Shown piece after piece: positions 47,077 to 56,257 of a stretch of DNA of 64,000 bases; the stretch's first letter is position 1, and every line of letters starts with the position of its first letter. Origin of the DNA: Oligoflexia bacterium (GTDB lineage: Bacteria > Bdellovibrionota > UBA1018); NCBI GenBank assembly GCA_031292385.1, contig JARLHE010000031.1:34746-98745 (forward strand). The letters are read 5' to 3'. The translations under genes and the position numbers were made by a program. The notes under the pieces were generated by a model. That model saw nothing but the letters and a program-made list of their open reading frames with translations. It had not been told where the DNA came from and did not search any database.

Positions 47077-47826
47077 TCAGCGCAGCATCTTGGACCAATA
47101 GGTTGTGGCCGCAGAGCGGGCGGTATCGCATTGCTCTGCGGTTAATACTCCGGAGGTCGGGTAAATCACCGGATTCATCAAATCGGTGGCATCGTCGATG
47201 TGCTGGAGGTTCAGGTAATGGCCCAGTTCGTGGGCGACCATGTTGGGGGTGGTCACCACGGGTTGTTCGATAATGGCACCGTAAAGGCCGGAGCCGGGCA
47301 TCGCCGTCCAGGCGTTCGCGGGCGTCCGTCCAAGCGAGCCATGGCGATTCCAAGCGCCGGTTGAGACGAGCAAGAGGCTTTTGTCGGTCGAGAAGTTGTT
47401 TCGGATCTTCGTCAGGTCATCGCTCTCGGCGGTGTCAAAGTTGAGCTTGTGCCGAGCGGGGTCGACCGAGGAGTAATTATCGACTTGAAAGCCAATGCGG
47501 CATTGGGACCAAACCGAGTTGACGTTCTGCATATCTCTGATCACGTCCGTTGCTTCTAGCGTCGGAATGCCAGTGGCCGGATTGGCGTAAGCGATGACTT
47601 TCACACCCAGGCAGAGTGCGTCCGGATCGTCGCTCAAGCAGGGGGCGCCGAGCGAGGGTTGGATGCGGCTTGCTGATGACCGCGGTAACAGCGTCGGCGG
47701 ACGCGGAACATTGTTGATCGGCCGGGTTGTCCCGCCCGCGCAGCCGCCCACGGCGGCGATAGCTGTTGCCAGGATTGCGATGCCGGCAAAACCAATAATC
47801 CTTGGTGAGGGGCGTGAGAGGCGCAT
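47077..47826 (-). CDS. zinc metalloprotease lipoprotein, metzincin-like (M43 ulilysin/pappalysin-type motif)
   Basis: 249 aa with signal peptide and lipobox (AVGGCAGG). It has the extended zinc-binding motif HELGHYLNLQH (HExxHxxxxxH) and a downstream Met-containing turn (DLMNP). Several Cys residues are consistent with a secreted protein. Confidence 0.6.
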   Translation of the reverse strand: MRLSRPSPRIIGFAGIAILATAIAAVGGCAGGTTRPINNVPRPPTLLPRSSASRIQPSLGAPCLSDDPDALCLGVKVIAYANPATGIPTLEATDVIRDMQNVNSVWSQCRIGFQVDNYSSVDPARHKLNFDTAESDDLTKIRNNFSTDKSLLLVSTGAWNRHGSLGRTPANAWTAMPGSGLYGAIIEQPVVTTPNMVAHELGHYLNLQHIDDATDLMNPVIYPTSGVLTAEQCDTARSAATTYWSKMLR

Positions 47827-47903
47827 GTCCTCTCTGTTTTACGTTTCGTGAATTTCGTTTTGCAAGAGCAGTGGCGTGCAAAATAAAACATTTTACACTG
47901 TAC

Positions 47904-49613
47904 TTACATAAATAGCAGCCGGCCCAAAAAGGCGGCCGCCGCCAAAGCGAGCAGCGTTGCCGGAGCAGGGTAGCCGAAAATCGTCGGTCCCTCGTGATCT
48001 TGCAGGGAAATGCTCGCGGCGACGATGGCTCCGGCGGCCAGCAGCGAATAGGTGACTCGCTTGGAGCTCGTCTCGAGCTGAAGACGAAGGTCGCGCAGAT
48101 CGGGCGACCGGATCTCGAACGCGAAATCGTTCTGGCTCAGTTTGCGGAACATCCAGCGGAGTTGCCGCGGCAGCACCTGAAGAAGAGCGGTGGTGTCCTT
48201 GGCGAGAAGCATCAGGTCCTTTGAGATGCGCTGCGTGGAGTATTGGTTTTTGACCAGTGTCTGGACTAATTCTTCGCTCACCGAAAGCAGGTCGAAGTCC
48301 GGGTCCAGCGTGGAGCCCATGCCCTCGATCGTAAGAATGGCTTTGAAGACGATCATCCAATCCCCGGGCACTTTGATGTCGTACTTGGTGGCGATACGGG
48401 TGGCATCGATCAGCACTTTTCCGACGTTCAGCTCCGAGAGGGCGAGCCCGATGTGCGGAGACAGCGCATTGCGGACGTCGCGCTGAAAGGAATCGAAATC
48501 GAGCGCGGCGCTTCCGCCGCCGAGATCGGTGTATTCGTAGCACAGCGTTTCGTAGTCCTCGGTGACGAGCGCCATCAGCATGATCGCCAGCTGGTCTCTC
48601 GATTTCTGCGAGAGCCGGCCGACGATTCCGAAGTCGATGATGCCGAGGCGGTTATCGGGAAGGGCGAAAAGGTTTCCGCCGTGAAGATCGCCATGGAAAA
48701 GGCCGTCGATCATCACGGATTGAAAAAAGGCGCGCGCCCCCACATCAACGAGCTTTTTTCTGTCGATCCCGGCCTTGTCAATCGCCTGAATATTGTTGAG
48801 CGGAACGCCATCAAGCCGCTCGAGCGTCAAGACGCGGTGGGTGCTCAGCTTTTTATGCACCTTGGGGATGACGATTTCCGGAAATGACCGCATGTTCTCG
48901 GTCATTTTACCCATGTTGTTGGCCTCGACAACGAAGTCGAGCTCGTAAGAAAGGGTTCTGAAGAACTCGTCGACGATCGTCTTAGGCCCGACGATTCGGG
49001 TTTCCGGGATATAGCGCTCGAAAAGGCCGGCCAAAAACGCCAGGAGCGAGACATCCATGTCGATGATCTTCTCGATTTCAGGGCGTTGCACTTTCACGAC
49101 CACGCGCTCGCCCGTCGGAAGCACGGCCTCATGGACCTGGCTGATGCTTGCGGCCGCGAGCGGGGCTTCGTTGAAGCTGGCATAGGCTTCGGCAATCGGG
49201 CGACCCAGTTCGCTTTCGAGCACGGCGCGGATGGCTTCGAAAGGCAGCGGTTGGACGTTATCCTGAAGCTTGACGAATTCCTCGATGAAGGATTCCGGCA
49301 GTAGGTCCTGACGCGTCGAGAGCAGCTGGCCGAATTTCACGAAGGTCGGGCCCAGCTCTTCGAAGGCCAGGCGAAGCCGCTGCGCGGGGCTCAGATGCTC
49401 CTCTTCATTCACTTCGTCGACGAACCGGTTTGGAAGAAATTTGCCGAGATCCATGCGCCGAACTATGTCCACGAAGCCGTATTTCGCGGCAACGCCGAGA
49501 ATTTGCCGGAGTCTTCCGACGTTCTTTACGGCTTGGCCCAGCTGTCTGCTTCTCTTGATCAGCTGCATAGTCCGAAGTCGATTTGGCGCCGATCGATCTC
49601 GGCGCGAAGACAC
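47904..49613 (-). CDS. ubiB: ABC1/UbiB-family atypical kinase (ubiquinone biosynthesis protein UbiB-like)
   Basis: 569 aa. It has the ABC1 kinase-like motifs (LGPTFVKFGQLLSTRQDLLP, ASISQVHEA, VVKVQRP, DLHGGN) and a C-terminal TM region. Confidence 0.85.
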   Translation of the reverse strand: MSSRRDRSAPNRLRTMQLIKRSRQLGQAVKNVGRLRQILGVAAKYGFVDIVRRMDLGKFLPNRFVDEVNEEEHLSPAQRLRLAFEELGPTFVKFGQLLSTRQDLLPESFIEEFVKLQDNVQPLPFEAIRAVLESELGRPIAEAYASFNEAPLAAASISQVHEAVLPTGERVVVKVQRPEIEKIIDMDVSLLAFLAGLFERYIPETRIVGPKTIVDEFFRTLSYELDFVVEANNMGKMTENMRSFPEIVIPKVHKKLSTHRVLTLERLDGVPLNNIQAIDKAGIDRKKLVDVGARAFFQSVMIDGLFHGDLHGGNLFALPDNRLGIIDFGIVGRLSQKSRDQLAIMLMALVTEDYETLCYEYTDLGGGSAALDFDSFQRDVRNALSPHIGLALSELNVGKVLIDATRIATKYDIKVPGDWMIVFKAILTIEGMGSTLDPDFDLLSVSEELVQTLVKNQYSTQRISKDLMLLAKDTTALLQVLPRQLRWMFRKLSQNDFAFEIRSPDLRDLRLQLETSSKRVTYSLLAAGAIVAASISLQDHEGPTIFGYPAPATLLALAAAAFLGRLLFM

Positions 49614-51709
49614 CTGACACGGACTTTGTCGCCGATTCGGAAGGAATGCCCCCGGCGCCGGCCGAAAAAGACCATTCGCTCCTCGTCGAACTCGTAAAAG
49701 TCGTCGTCCATGAGGTCCCGGCTTACCATTCCTTCGCAGTAGGGATTGGGGACTTTCACGAAGAACCCGGATTCCATCATTCCGGTGATTTCTCCATCGA
49801 ATTCGTTGCCGACTTCGGGAATCATCGCGCGCACTTGTTTGAGCTTGATCGACTCGCGTTCGGCGTCCGAGGCGATTCGTTCGCGATAGCTGCAGTGTTC
49901 GCAGATTTCGGCAAGCTCGGTTTCGAGCTCTTCCCGCGCGTTCGCCGATAGTTTCGAGTCGATTTCCTTCTCAACCCGCAACGCCAGTCGGATCAGGCGA
50001 TGGACCACGAGATCGGGGTAGCGCCGGATCGGGCTCGTAAAGTGGGTGTATCCCTCGGACGCCAGTCCGTAATGCACGCCGTGGACCGAGCTGTAGATCG
50101 CGCGCTTCATGGAGCGCAGAAGGGCGTCGTTCAGGAGCAACTGCGCGGGATGCCCCTCGAGCTTGCGGATGGCGTCGGCCAGGACCTTGGGCGAGGCGGA
50201 CCCGCCTTCCATTTTCAAAACGATTCCCACGTTCGCGGCAAGCTTTTGAAACTTGCCCAGCGCCTCCTGGCTGGGTTCGTCGTGGACGCGGTAAACGAAA
50301 GGCCATTGGCGCTCCATCATCCAAGCGGTGACCGCCTCGTTCGCCGCGATCATGAACTCTTCGATCAGCCGATGGGCATCGATGCGCGCGCGCTGGGTGA
50401 TCGACACGACCTCGCCCGTGGGTTTGACGATCAATTCCGCTTCGGGCAAGTCGAAATCGATCGAGCCGCGTTCGGACCTTGTGCGACGGATGATTTGATA
50501 GAGTTCGAAATGCGGAGCGTATTCCCACGCGGGGCTCTTTCCGTGCTTCTCGAACTCGGCTTGGATTTCGTTGTAGGTCGCGCGGCGCTTGCTTTCGATC
50601 AGCGCTTCCATGAGCTCGGTTTTCGTGCAATCGCCCGAGCGGTCGAAGTGCATCTTCGCCACGAGGGCCAGCCGCGGTTCATGGGGCCTGAGCGAGCAAA
50701 GATTTTCCGAAAGCGCCCGTGGGAGCATGTGAAAGGCCCGTTCCGGAAAGTATACGCTGGTCCCGCGTGAAAGCGCTTCTTGGTCGAGCGCGGTGCCTTT
50801 CGAAACATAGTGGCTCACGTCGGCGATCGCGACCCAGAGAATGTAGCCCGATTTTTCGCGCTCGACGAAAACTGCGTCATCGAAGTCGCGCGCGGTCTCG
50901 CCGTCGATCGTGATGAAAGGGGTTTCGCGAAGATCCACGCGCCCCTCGCGTCCGCCCAGGGACGGAATTTCGAGCTTGAACTCGCGCGCTTCGCTTTCGG
51001 CTCGTTCGGAATGTTTTTCCACCAGATTGTATTCGGCGGCGACCATGCCGATGTCCGCGGAAGGGGGAAGCTCAGGGCCGTAGGTTTCGGTGAGTGCTCC
51101 CGTCACGGCGAACGGACCGGCGCTGTGAAACGTCAGCTTGGCTTTGACCCAGTCGCCCGAAAGAAGCTGGTTGGCCGGAGGCATCGGGCCGACCGGCCCG
51201 GGAATGAACACTTCCTCGCGCGCGCGTTTGCGCTCATAGACGACCCAGCCGCCACGCTCCATCCCGGAGGAGTGAACGGAAAATCGGCCAACGACCTCGC
51301 GAAAGCGATGTTCCAGCACGTCGATCGAAACGACTTCTCCCCGGCCGTTGAGCGTGACCTCAACGCGATCGCCGTGAAAAAAGGCTTCCGCATCGCGCGG
51401 CGGAACGAACGCGTCTTCATATTTGCGGTCTTCGAAAATGAGAAAGCCGAAGCCCTTTTGATTTTTATCGACGGTCGCTTTCAGGCGTGTTTCTTCGTCG
51501 TGCCCGCGTTTGCGCTCACCACGGGCTTGATGAGGGCGGGCCTGAGGGGGGCGCGTCCGCTTGGTCTCGTGCGCTCGTTCCGCACCTTTGGTGAATTTTT
51601 TCGGCTTTGATCTGGCTTGATGGGTCGTTTGCTCGGGTTCGCCGGGTCTTCCATGAATTTTTCCTGACCGATCCCGAAACGTGAATTGATTTTTACGGTC
51701 TTTTTGCAT
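49559..51709 (-). CDS. RNB-family 3'-5' exoribonuclease (RNase R/RNase II family)
   Basis: 716 aa. It has a cold-shock/OB region (KGFGFLIFEDRK), the RNB catalytic domain (FITIDGETARDFDDAVFVER, FPERAFHMLP) and a C-terminal S1 domain. Unusually the basic low-complexity segment is N-terminal. Its 3' end overlaps the ubiB start by 55 nt. Confidence 0.85.
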   Translation of the reverse strand: MQKDRKNQFTFRDRSGKIHGRPGEPEQTTHQARSKPKKFTKGAERAHETKRTRPPQARPHQARGERKRGHDEETRLKATVDKNQKGFGFLIFEDRKYEDAFVPPRDAEAFFHGDRVEVTLNGRGEVVSIDVLEHRFREVVGRFSVHSSGMERGGWVVYERKRAREEVFIPGPVGPMPPANQLLSGDWVKAKLTFHSAGPFAVTGALTETYGPELPPSADIGMVAAEYNLVEKHSERAESEAREFKLEIPSLGGREGRVDLRETPFITIDGETARDFDDAVFVEREKSGYILWVAIADVSHYVSKGTALDQEALSRGTSVYFPERAFHMLPRALSENLCSLRPHEPRLALVAKMHFDRSGDCTKTELMEALIESKRRATYNEIQAEFEKHGKSPAWEYAPHFELYQIIRRTRSERGSIDFDLPEAELIVKPTGEVVSITQRARIDAHRLIEEFMIAANEAVTAWMMERQWPFVYRVHDEPSQEALGKFQKLAANVGIVLKMEGGSASPKVLADAIRKLEGHPAQLLLNDALLRSMKRAIYSSVHGVHYGLASEGYTHFTSPIRRYPDLVVHRLIRLALRVEKEIDSKLSANAREELETELAEICEHCSYRERIASDAERESIKLKQVRAMIPEVGNEFDGEITGMMESGFFVKVPNPYCEGMVSRDLMDDDFYEFDEERMVFFGRRRGHSFRIGDKVRVRCLRAEIDRRQIDFGLCS

Positions 51710-51784
51710 CGGAGATGAGCGCCCTTTTAGCCCACTCTCAACCTACCATGAAAATGCCCGCTGTCGAAGGATAGTCGATTTCGG

Positions 51785-52210
51785 CTATTCGGTCTTCGCG
51801 GAGGCCGGCTTTGCGCCTTTGAATGCCATGGTTTCAAGCGCGACGCGGCAAGCGGGGGAGAGCGCTCTGTGTTTGGCTTTGAGGCACTTCAAGACTTTTC
51901 CCTTGCCGGCGGTGATGTTCGGGCAGGATTCGATTACGTCAGCGCGGCATTTTTCCGGAACCTTTTCGAGATCGAGGGCCAAGACCCGGAGGTCTTTCCG
52001 GCAATCGGCGAGGGTTTGGTCCGGGTGGGAGTCCAGGCATTTAAACAGGTCAGTGGTGCTTAAGTCCGGCTCGGGGCAAAGTTTTTGGATGGCCGGGCCG
52101 CAAGGGCCGACCCTTAGTAAAGCCGCTTGATCCGCAAGAGCGATTTGAGCGGTCGCGGCAACGGTGATCATGCCGAGCAATTGCGTGGGAAGCGCTTTGA
52201 AAAGCATCAT
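51785..52210 (-). CDS. secreted cysteine-rich repeat protein (FGFR-type Cys-rich repeat-like)
   Basis: 141 aa. It has a signal peptide followed by four repeats of a C-x(3-5)-C...C...C pattern (CPEPDLSTTDLFKCLDSH...C, CRADVIESCPN...LKCLKAKHRALSPAC) with 10 Cys in total. Confidence 0.5.
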   Translation of the reverse strand: MMLFKALPTQLLGMITVAATAQIALADQAALLRVGPCGPAIQKLCPEPDLSTTDLFKCLDSHPDQTLADCRKDLRVLALDLEKVPEKCRADVIESCPNITAGKGKVLKCLKAKHRALSPACRVALETMAFKGAKPASAKTE

Positions 52211-53394
52211 CCGGATTCTCCAGAATCTAAAAAGGCGATGATTTCGTGTCGTCTGGCCAGGGTATCTTTATATCCTAGCTCCAAGAGCGGCTGGATACAA
52301 TCATCCATAAACGCGAGATAACTGATGAGCTCGCGCCCTTCGAGTTTCGAAGCGCCGATGCCTTTTAACAGATAACGTAATATGAGGGGAAACCGAGCAA
52401 GAAGATCGGGAACCAGTTCTCCCAGGTTGCGCGAAGGGCGAAGCTGCAAAATGGGGAGCTTGCGAAATTTATAAGGCTGTCGCTCTCTCATTTCGGGGGT
52501 CATGAGCTCGAGCGAATCGTTGACGCTCTGGAGACGCTCGACATCGGTCTCGAGCGAATCGAGAAAAAGCGAGTTCATCAGCTCGCCGGTGATTTCAGCC
52601 AGCGAGGGAGCGTGTCTCTGCGGCAAAAGCATGGCGGATCGAATGTCGGATTTTCTCCGCTCGTGCCGGATCCCGATCGAGATGAGCCGCTCCGCCCCCA
52701 GGTGAATGGCCGGGCTGAGAGGCGTCGTCTGGCGCAGGCAGCCGTCGCCGTAATACTCTTCATTGATTTCCACGGGCGGGAAAAAAATCGGGATCGCAGC
52801 CGACGCCATCACATGCGAAACGTCGAGCGAAGCCCGAAGGCCCACGCGGTTGCTGCGGATCCAGGGCTCGACGCTTTTCGCGGCCTCGAAAAAGGATACG
52901 GTTGTTCCGGCGAAATATTGGACGCTGGAAAAGCTCACCCCGTGCAAGTGGCCGCGAGAGACGTTTTCTCGAATCGCTTCGAAGCGCACTTCCCGGCTGA
53001 TCAGCTCGCGAAGCGGTTCGGTGCTGAGCAAGAAGTTGGCCGATTTCCTCGTTCCCGCTCTGCCACCCAAGATCGACCGTGAAAGCCAAGCCAAAGCGAT
53101 CTTCGAAAGCGAGGCGCTGTCGGTGCGATAAACGTGGTTCAGTCCAAGTTTCTCCCAGAGCCCGTAAAGCCCGGTCGCGGCGGCGATCCAGTCTTCGGAG
53201 TGAGAGGCGAGATAGGCGATGTTGATCGCTCCCGCGGATGTCCCGCAGAGCACACGGAAGGGCGGCTGCTTTTGAGGAAAAATTTCCGACAGCGCACGGA
53301 TCGCGCCGACCTGATAAGCGGCTCGGGCGCCGCCGCCGGTGAGCACCAGCCCGGTCAGCGGGGGCTTGGTCGAAGTTGCGTCAGTCATTGGCAT
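52207..53394 (-). CDS. patatin-like phospholipase
   Basis: It has an oxyanion GGGARAAYQVG (GGxR) and the nucleophile elbow GTSAG (GxSxG), with the DG(A/G) dyad region later. The C-terminal ~150 aa are uncharacterised. Confidence 0.8.
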   Translation of the reverse strand: MPMTDATSTKPPLTGLVLTGGGARAAYQVGAIRALSEIFPQKQPPFRVLCGTSAGAINIAYLASHSEDWIAAATGLYGLWEKLGLNHVYRTDSASLSKIALAWLSRSILGGRAGTRKSANFLLSTEPLRELISREVRFEAIRENVSRGHLHGVSFSSVQYFAGTTVSFFEAAKSVEPWIRSNRVGLRASLDVSHVMASAAIPIFFPPVEINEEYYGDGCLRQTTPLSPAIHLGAERLISIGIRHERRKSDIRSAMLLPQRHAPSLAEITGELMNSLFLDSLETDVERLQSVNDSLELMTPEMRERQPYKFRKLPILQLRPSRNLGELVPDLLARFPLILRYLLKGIGASKLEGRELISYLAFMDDCIQPLLELGYKDTLARRHEIIAFLDSGESG

Positions 53395-53401
53395 TGCGAT
53401 T

Positions 53402-53896
53402 CTATTCTCGAATGAGCTTGGACAGCAAGCAAAAGAGCTGTTTGCGCTCGGTTCGATTCAGGCTAACGGTGAGCGCTTCGAGCTCTTTGAGATGGGCCGG
53501 CAAAAACCGCTTCAAAACCGTTTCGCCCTTCGGGGCAAGACGTATCAGCATTGATCGCCCGTCGTTCGGGTCGTCGATTCGGGTAATGAACTTGTCCTTT
53601 TCGAGACAGTCGATGAATTGAGTCATCGTCGCGCGCGAAACTTGAGCGCGCTTCGCCATTTCCGAGGGCGAGAGCTGGTTGGAGGGCGCGTGCCGCAGAA
53701 GCATCAGCAGGGCGAAGCGACCCGACGTGAGTCCATATTCGCTATATAAAGCTTCCATGCGCACGTGCGTATTGGCCGCGATCCGCAAAAACTGCAAAGA
53801 CGCCTCAATGGCGTCAGGAGTGGCCTCCGGGAACTCAGCCAGGAGCTGCTGGTAAACCGGTTCCATTGATGCGTCACAAAATTCTACGCTTGCCAT
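53402..53896 (-). CDS. MarR-family transcriptional regulator
   Basis: 164 aa with a winged HTH (LSPSEMAKRAQVSRATMTQFIDCLEKDKFITRIDDPNDGRSMLIRLAPKG). It is divergent from the tolC-emrAB-like operon. Confidence 0.8.
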   Translation of the reverse strand: MASVEFCDASMEPVYQQLLAEFPEATPDAIEASLQFLRIAANTHVRMEALYSEYGLTSGRFALLMLLRHAPSNQLSPSEMAKRAQVSRATMTQFIDCLEKDKFITRIDDPNDGRSMLIRLAPKGETVLKRFLPAHLKELEALTVSLNRTERKQLFCLLSKLIRE

Positions 53897-53931
53897 AGTC
53901 CTTTCAAGGGCAGCTTAACGAGGTTAGATAG

Positions 53932-53978
53932 TTAGGTAACCTTATTGACTACCCCTATATAGTAAGGTAGCCTAACAT
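53932..53978. promoter_or_regulatory. candidate MarR operator (imperfect inverted repeat) in the divergent marR/tolC promoter region
   Basis: TTAGGTAACCTTA ...(21 nt)... TAAGGTAGCCTAA forms an 11/13 palindrome that includes a TATATAGT -10-like element, between marR (53896) and the efflux-operon start (53980). Confidence 0.4.
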
Positions 53979-53979
53979 A

Positions 53980-55338
53980 ATGAAGCTTACAGTCAATAGA
54001 GGCGCGTATGCCGCCTATGCCATGACCGCCGGTATTTTTATCGCGATACCATGGCTTGCTTACGCCGCCGACGCCGCTGCGGATGCGACCTTGAATTTGG
54101 ATCAGGCGCTTGATGAAGCCTTCAAGAATTCACCCGTGGTTCAGACGTCGCAAGCCGCTGCCAATGAAGCTCACTGGCAGCGCTTGGCCGCGATGGGGCA
54201 GGGGTTTTTACCGAAGGTTTCGGTCAATTTAGGCCATTATTTCACCGAAAATTATCAATTTACCCAAATCGCGCTTGGCGGATCGGTCCTGGCGTTTCCG
54301 GGAATTTATCCCACAACACAGCTTTCTTTAAGCGCCTCTATCCCGATTTTCGACGGGCTTGCCAATATCCGCCAACTGCAGGCGGCGGCGTTGTCCGAGA
54401 ATGCGGCCCAACAAGAAGCGGAGCGCGTGAAGTTTGAGGTCGCGCAGGAAGTGCGTCTTGCCTTTTATCAGGCGCTGGCGGCAACCGCCCTCGATGCCGT
54501 GGCGGAGCAGAACGTAACGACTCTCGAGGATCATCTTCGTCAGGTAGATATTCAAAGACGAGGCGGTGCGGCCACGAATTACGACACGCTTCGGGTATCG
54601 GTCCAGCTCAGCGAGGCTCGCGCGGATGCGCTCGACGCGAAAGATAACGTATCATTGACCCGAAAGAAACTGATCCAGCTCCTCGGGCTCGAAGAAGATA
54701 ATCGTGTTTTGGCCGGCGACCTGCCGGTTCCGGACTCCTCTCGCGTGCAGAACCTGGAATTTACCGGTATTCCGGAAGACCGCACCGACATCCGCGCCCT
54801 CGATATGAGAGCCGATGCCGCGGATAAGACGCGCGCGGCCAGAAATTCCTGGATGATTCCGTCCGTGTCCCTGGCTGGCCAGTTGATCTATTATAATGAG
54901 CTTCTCGACAGCGCGTCTGGAAGCATCGTCGATAATCAGCGTTACGAACAAGCGTACAACTTCGGGATCTTTCTGACCTGGAACCTCTTTGACGGAGGAG
55001 TATCTTACGCACAGTCTCGTCAGGCGGTCTATCAACAGGTCCAGGCCGATAGCCGGGCCCGCGCGGCGAAGCTTCAGGTCCCTTATGATTTCGCGTACTG
55101 GAAGAAACGGTTCGTCAGTAACACGGATCATTATCAGGCGCGCAAGCAGGATGTGGCGCGTTCGGAAGAGAGCGTGCGCTTGGCCAAGGAAGAAGAGCGC
55201 GCCGGCACTCGCACGAGTACGGAAACGCTGGATGCTGAATTGGACCTGTTTCGCGCAAAGGCCGGTGTCGTTAACGCGCAAGTGAACGCGGAGGAAGCCC
55301 AACTTCGTTTAGAGCTCGCGCTCGGTAGGAGAATTTGA
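53980..55338 (+). CDS. TolC-family outer-membrane efflux protein
   Basis: 452 aa with a signal peptide and two OEP repeat halves whose coiled-coil regions show the LxxAxxxY pattern. Confidence 0.8.
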   Translation: MKLTVNRGAYAAYAMTAGIFIAIPWLAYAADAAADATLNLDQALDEAFKNSPVVQTSQAAANEAHWQRLAAMGQGFLPKVSVNLGHYFTENYQFTQIALGGSVLAFPGIYPTTQLSLSASIPIFDGLANIRQLQAAALSENAAQQEAERVKFEVAQEVRLAFYQALAATALDAVAEQNVTTLEDHLRQVDIQRRGGAATNYDTLRVSVQLSEARADALDAKDNVSLTRKKLIQLLGLEEDNRVLAGDLPVPDSSRVQNLEFTGIPEDRTDIRALDMRADAADKTRAARNSWMIPSVSLAGQLIYYNELLDSASGSIVDNQRYEQAYNFGIFLTWNLFDGGVSYAQSRQAVYQQVQADSRARAAKLQVPYDFAYWKKRFVSNTDHYQARKQDVARSEESVRLAKEEERAGTRTSTETLDAELDLFRAKAGVVNAQVNAEEAQLRLELALGRRI

Positions 55339-55341
55339 GTT

Positions 55342-56256
55342 ATGAGCAATCCAGCAACCGCGGTTTCGGCCGCACCAGCGACGTCCGCCGCCAAAAAGAG
55401 CATGAGCGCCGACACGAAAAAAAGAATTGGGGCCGTCGTCGCCCTGGTGGTTTTTCTGGGCGGTGGCTATTTCGGGTATCAAAGCTATTTCTACGTTTCG
55501 ACCGACAACGCCCAAGTAGGAGCCCGCTCGACGCTTCTGTCGCCCAAGATTTCGGGCATTGTCGTCCGCTCCTTCGTCGAAGAGAACCAAAAGGTCAAAG
55601 CCGGCCAGGTCCTCGTCGAAATAAAGCCGGACGATTATCAAAACGCGGTCGATCAGATTGATTCCGAAATGCAATCGCTCGCGGCCCAGCTCAAGGGCGC
55701 GAAATCCAACTACGGCCGAACTCTTGATCTGTTCAAGAAGGGCGCGTCGACACAGGAACGCCTGGACGCGGCTGAGGCGCAGTATCGCGCGCTCGAGAAC
55801 AAGTTGAAATCGGCGCAAGCCCAGGTCAACGAAGCGAAGTTGAACCTCGATTACACGAGGATCATCGCTCCGGTTGACGGAAAGGTCGGAAAAAAATCCT
55901 TCGAAGTGGGCATGCTGGCCAGCGCCGGGCAGCCACTCATGGGTTTCGTGGCCAACGACGAGCGCTGGGTAACGGCCAATCTCAAGGAAACCGACATGGA
56001 TGACATCACCGAAGGCAAAAAGGCCTATGTGACGGTCGATGCGATTTCGGGACGGGTGTTCGAGGGCGTGGTCGAAAGCATCAGTCCCGCCACGGGGGCG
56101 ACCTTCAGCCTGTTGCCTCCGGACAATGCCACCGGAAATTTCACGAAAGTCGTTCAGCGCGTGCCGGTCCGAATCAAGCTTTTGAATCTTTCCGAAAGAG
56201 ACATCGACCGCCTGCAATCCGGCCTCTCGGCTGACGTGAAAATCAGGGTTCACTGA
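55342..56256 (+). CDS. HlyD/EmrA-family membrane fusion protein
   Basis: 304 aa with an N-terminal TM, a biotinyl-lipoyl-like hairpin (VKAGQVLVEI, APVDGKVG) and a coiled coil. Confidence 0.8.
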   Translation: MSNPATAVSAAPATSAAKKSMSADTKKRIGAVVALVVFLGGGYFGYQSYFYVSTDNAQVGARSTLLSPKISGIVVRSFVEENQKVKAGQVLVEIKPDDYQNAVDQIDSEMQSLAAQLKGAKSNYGRTLDLFKKGASTQERLDAAEAQYRALENKLKSAQAQVNEAKLNLDYTRIIAPVDGKVGKKSFEVGMLASAGQPLMGFVANDERWVTANLKETDMDDITEGKKAYVTVDAISGRVFEGVVESISPATGATFSLLPPDNATGNFTKVVQRVPVRIKLLNLSERDIDRLQSGLSADVKIRVH

Positions 56257-56257
56257 C

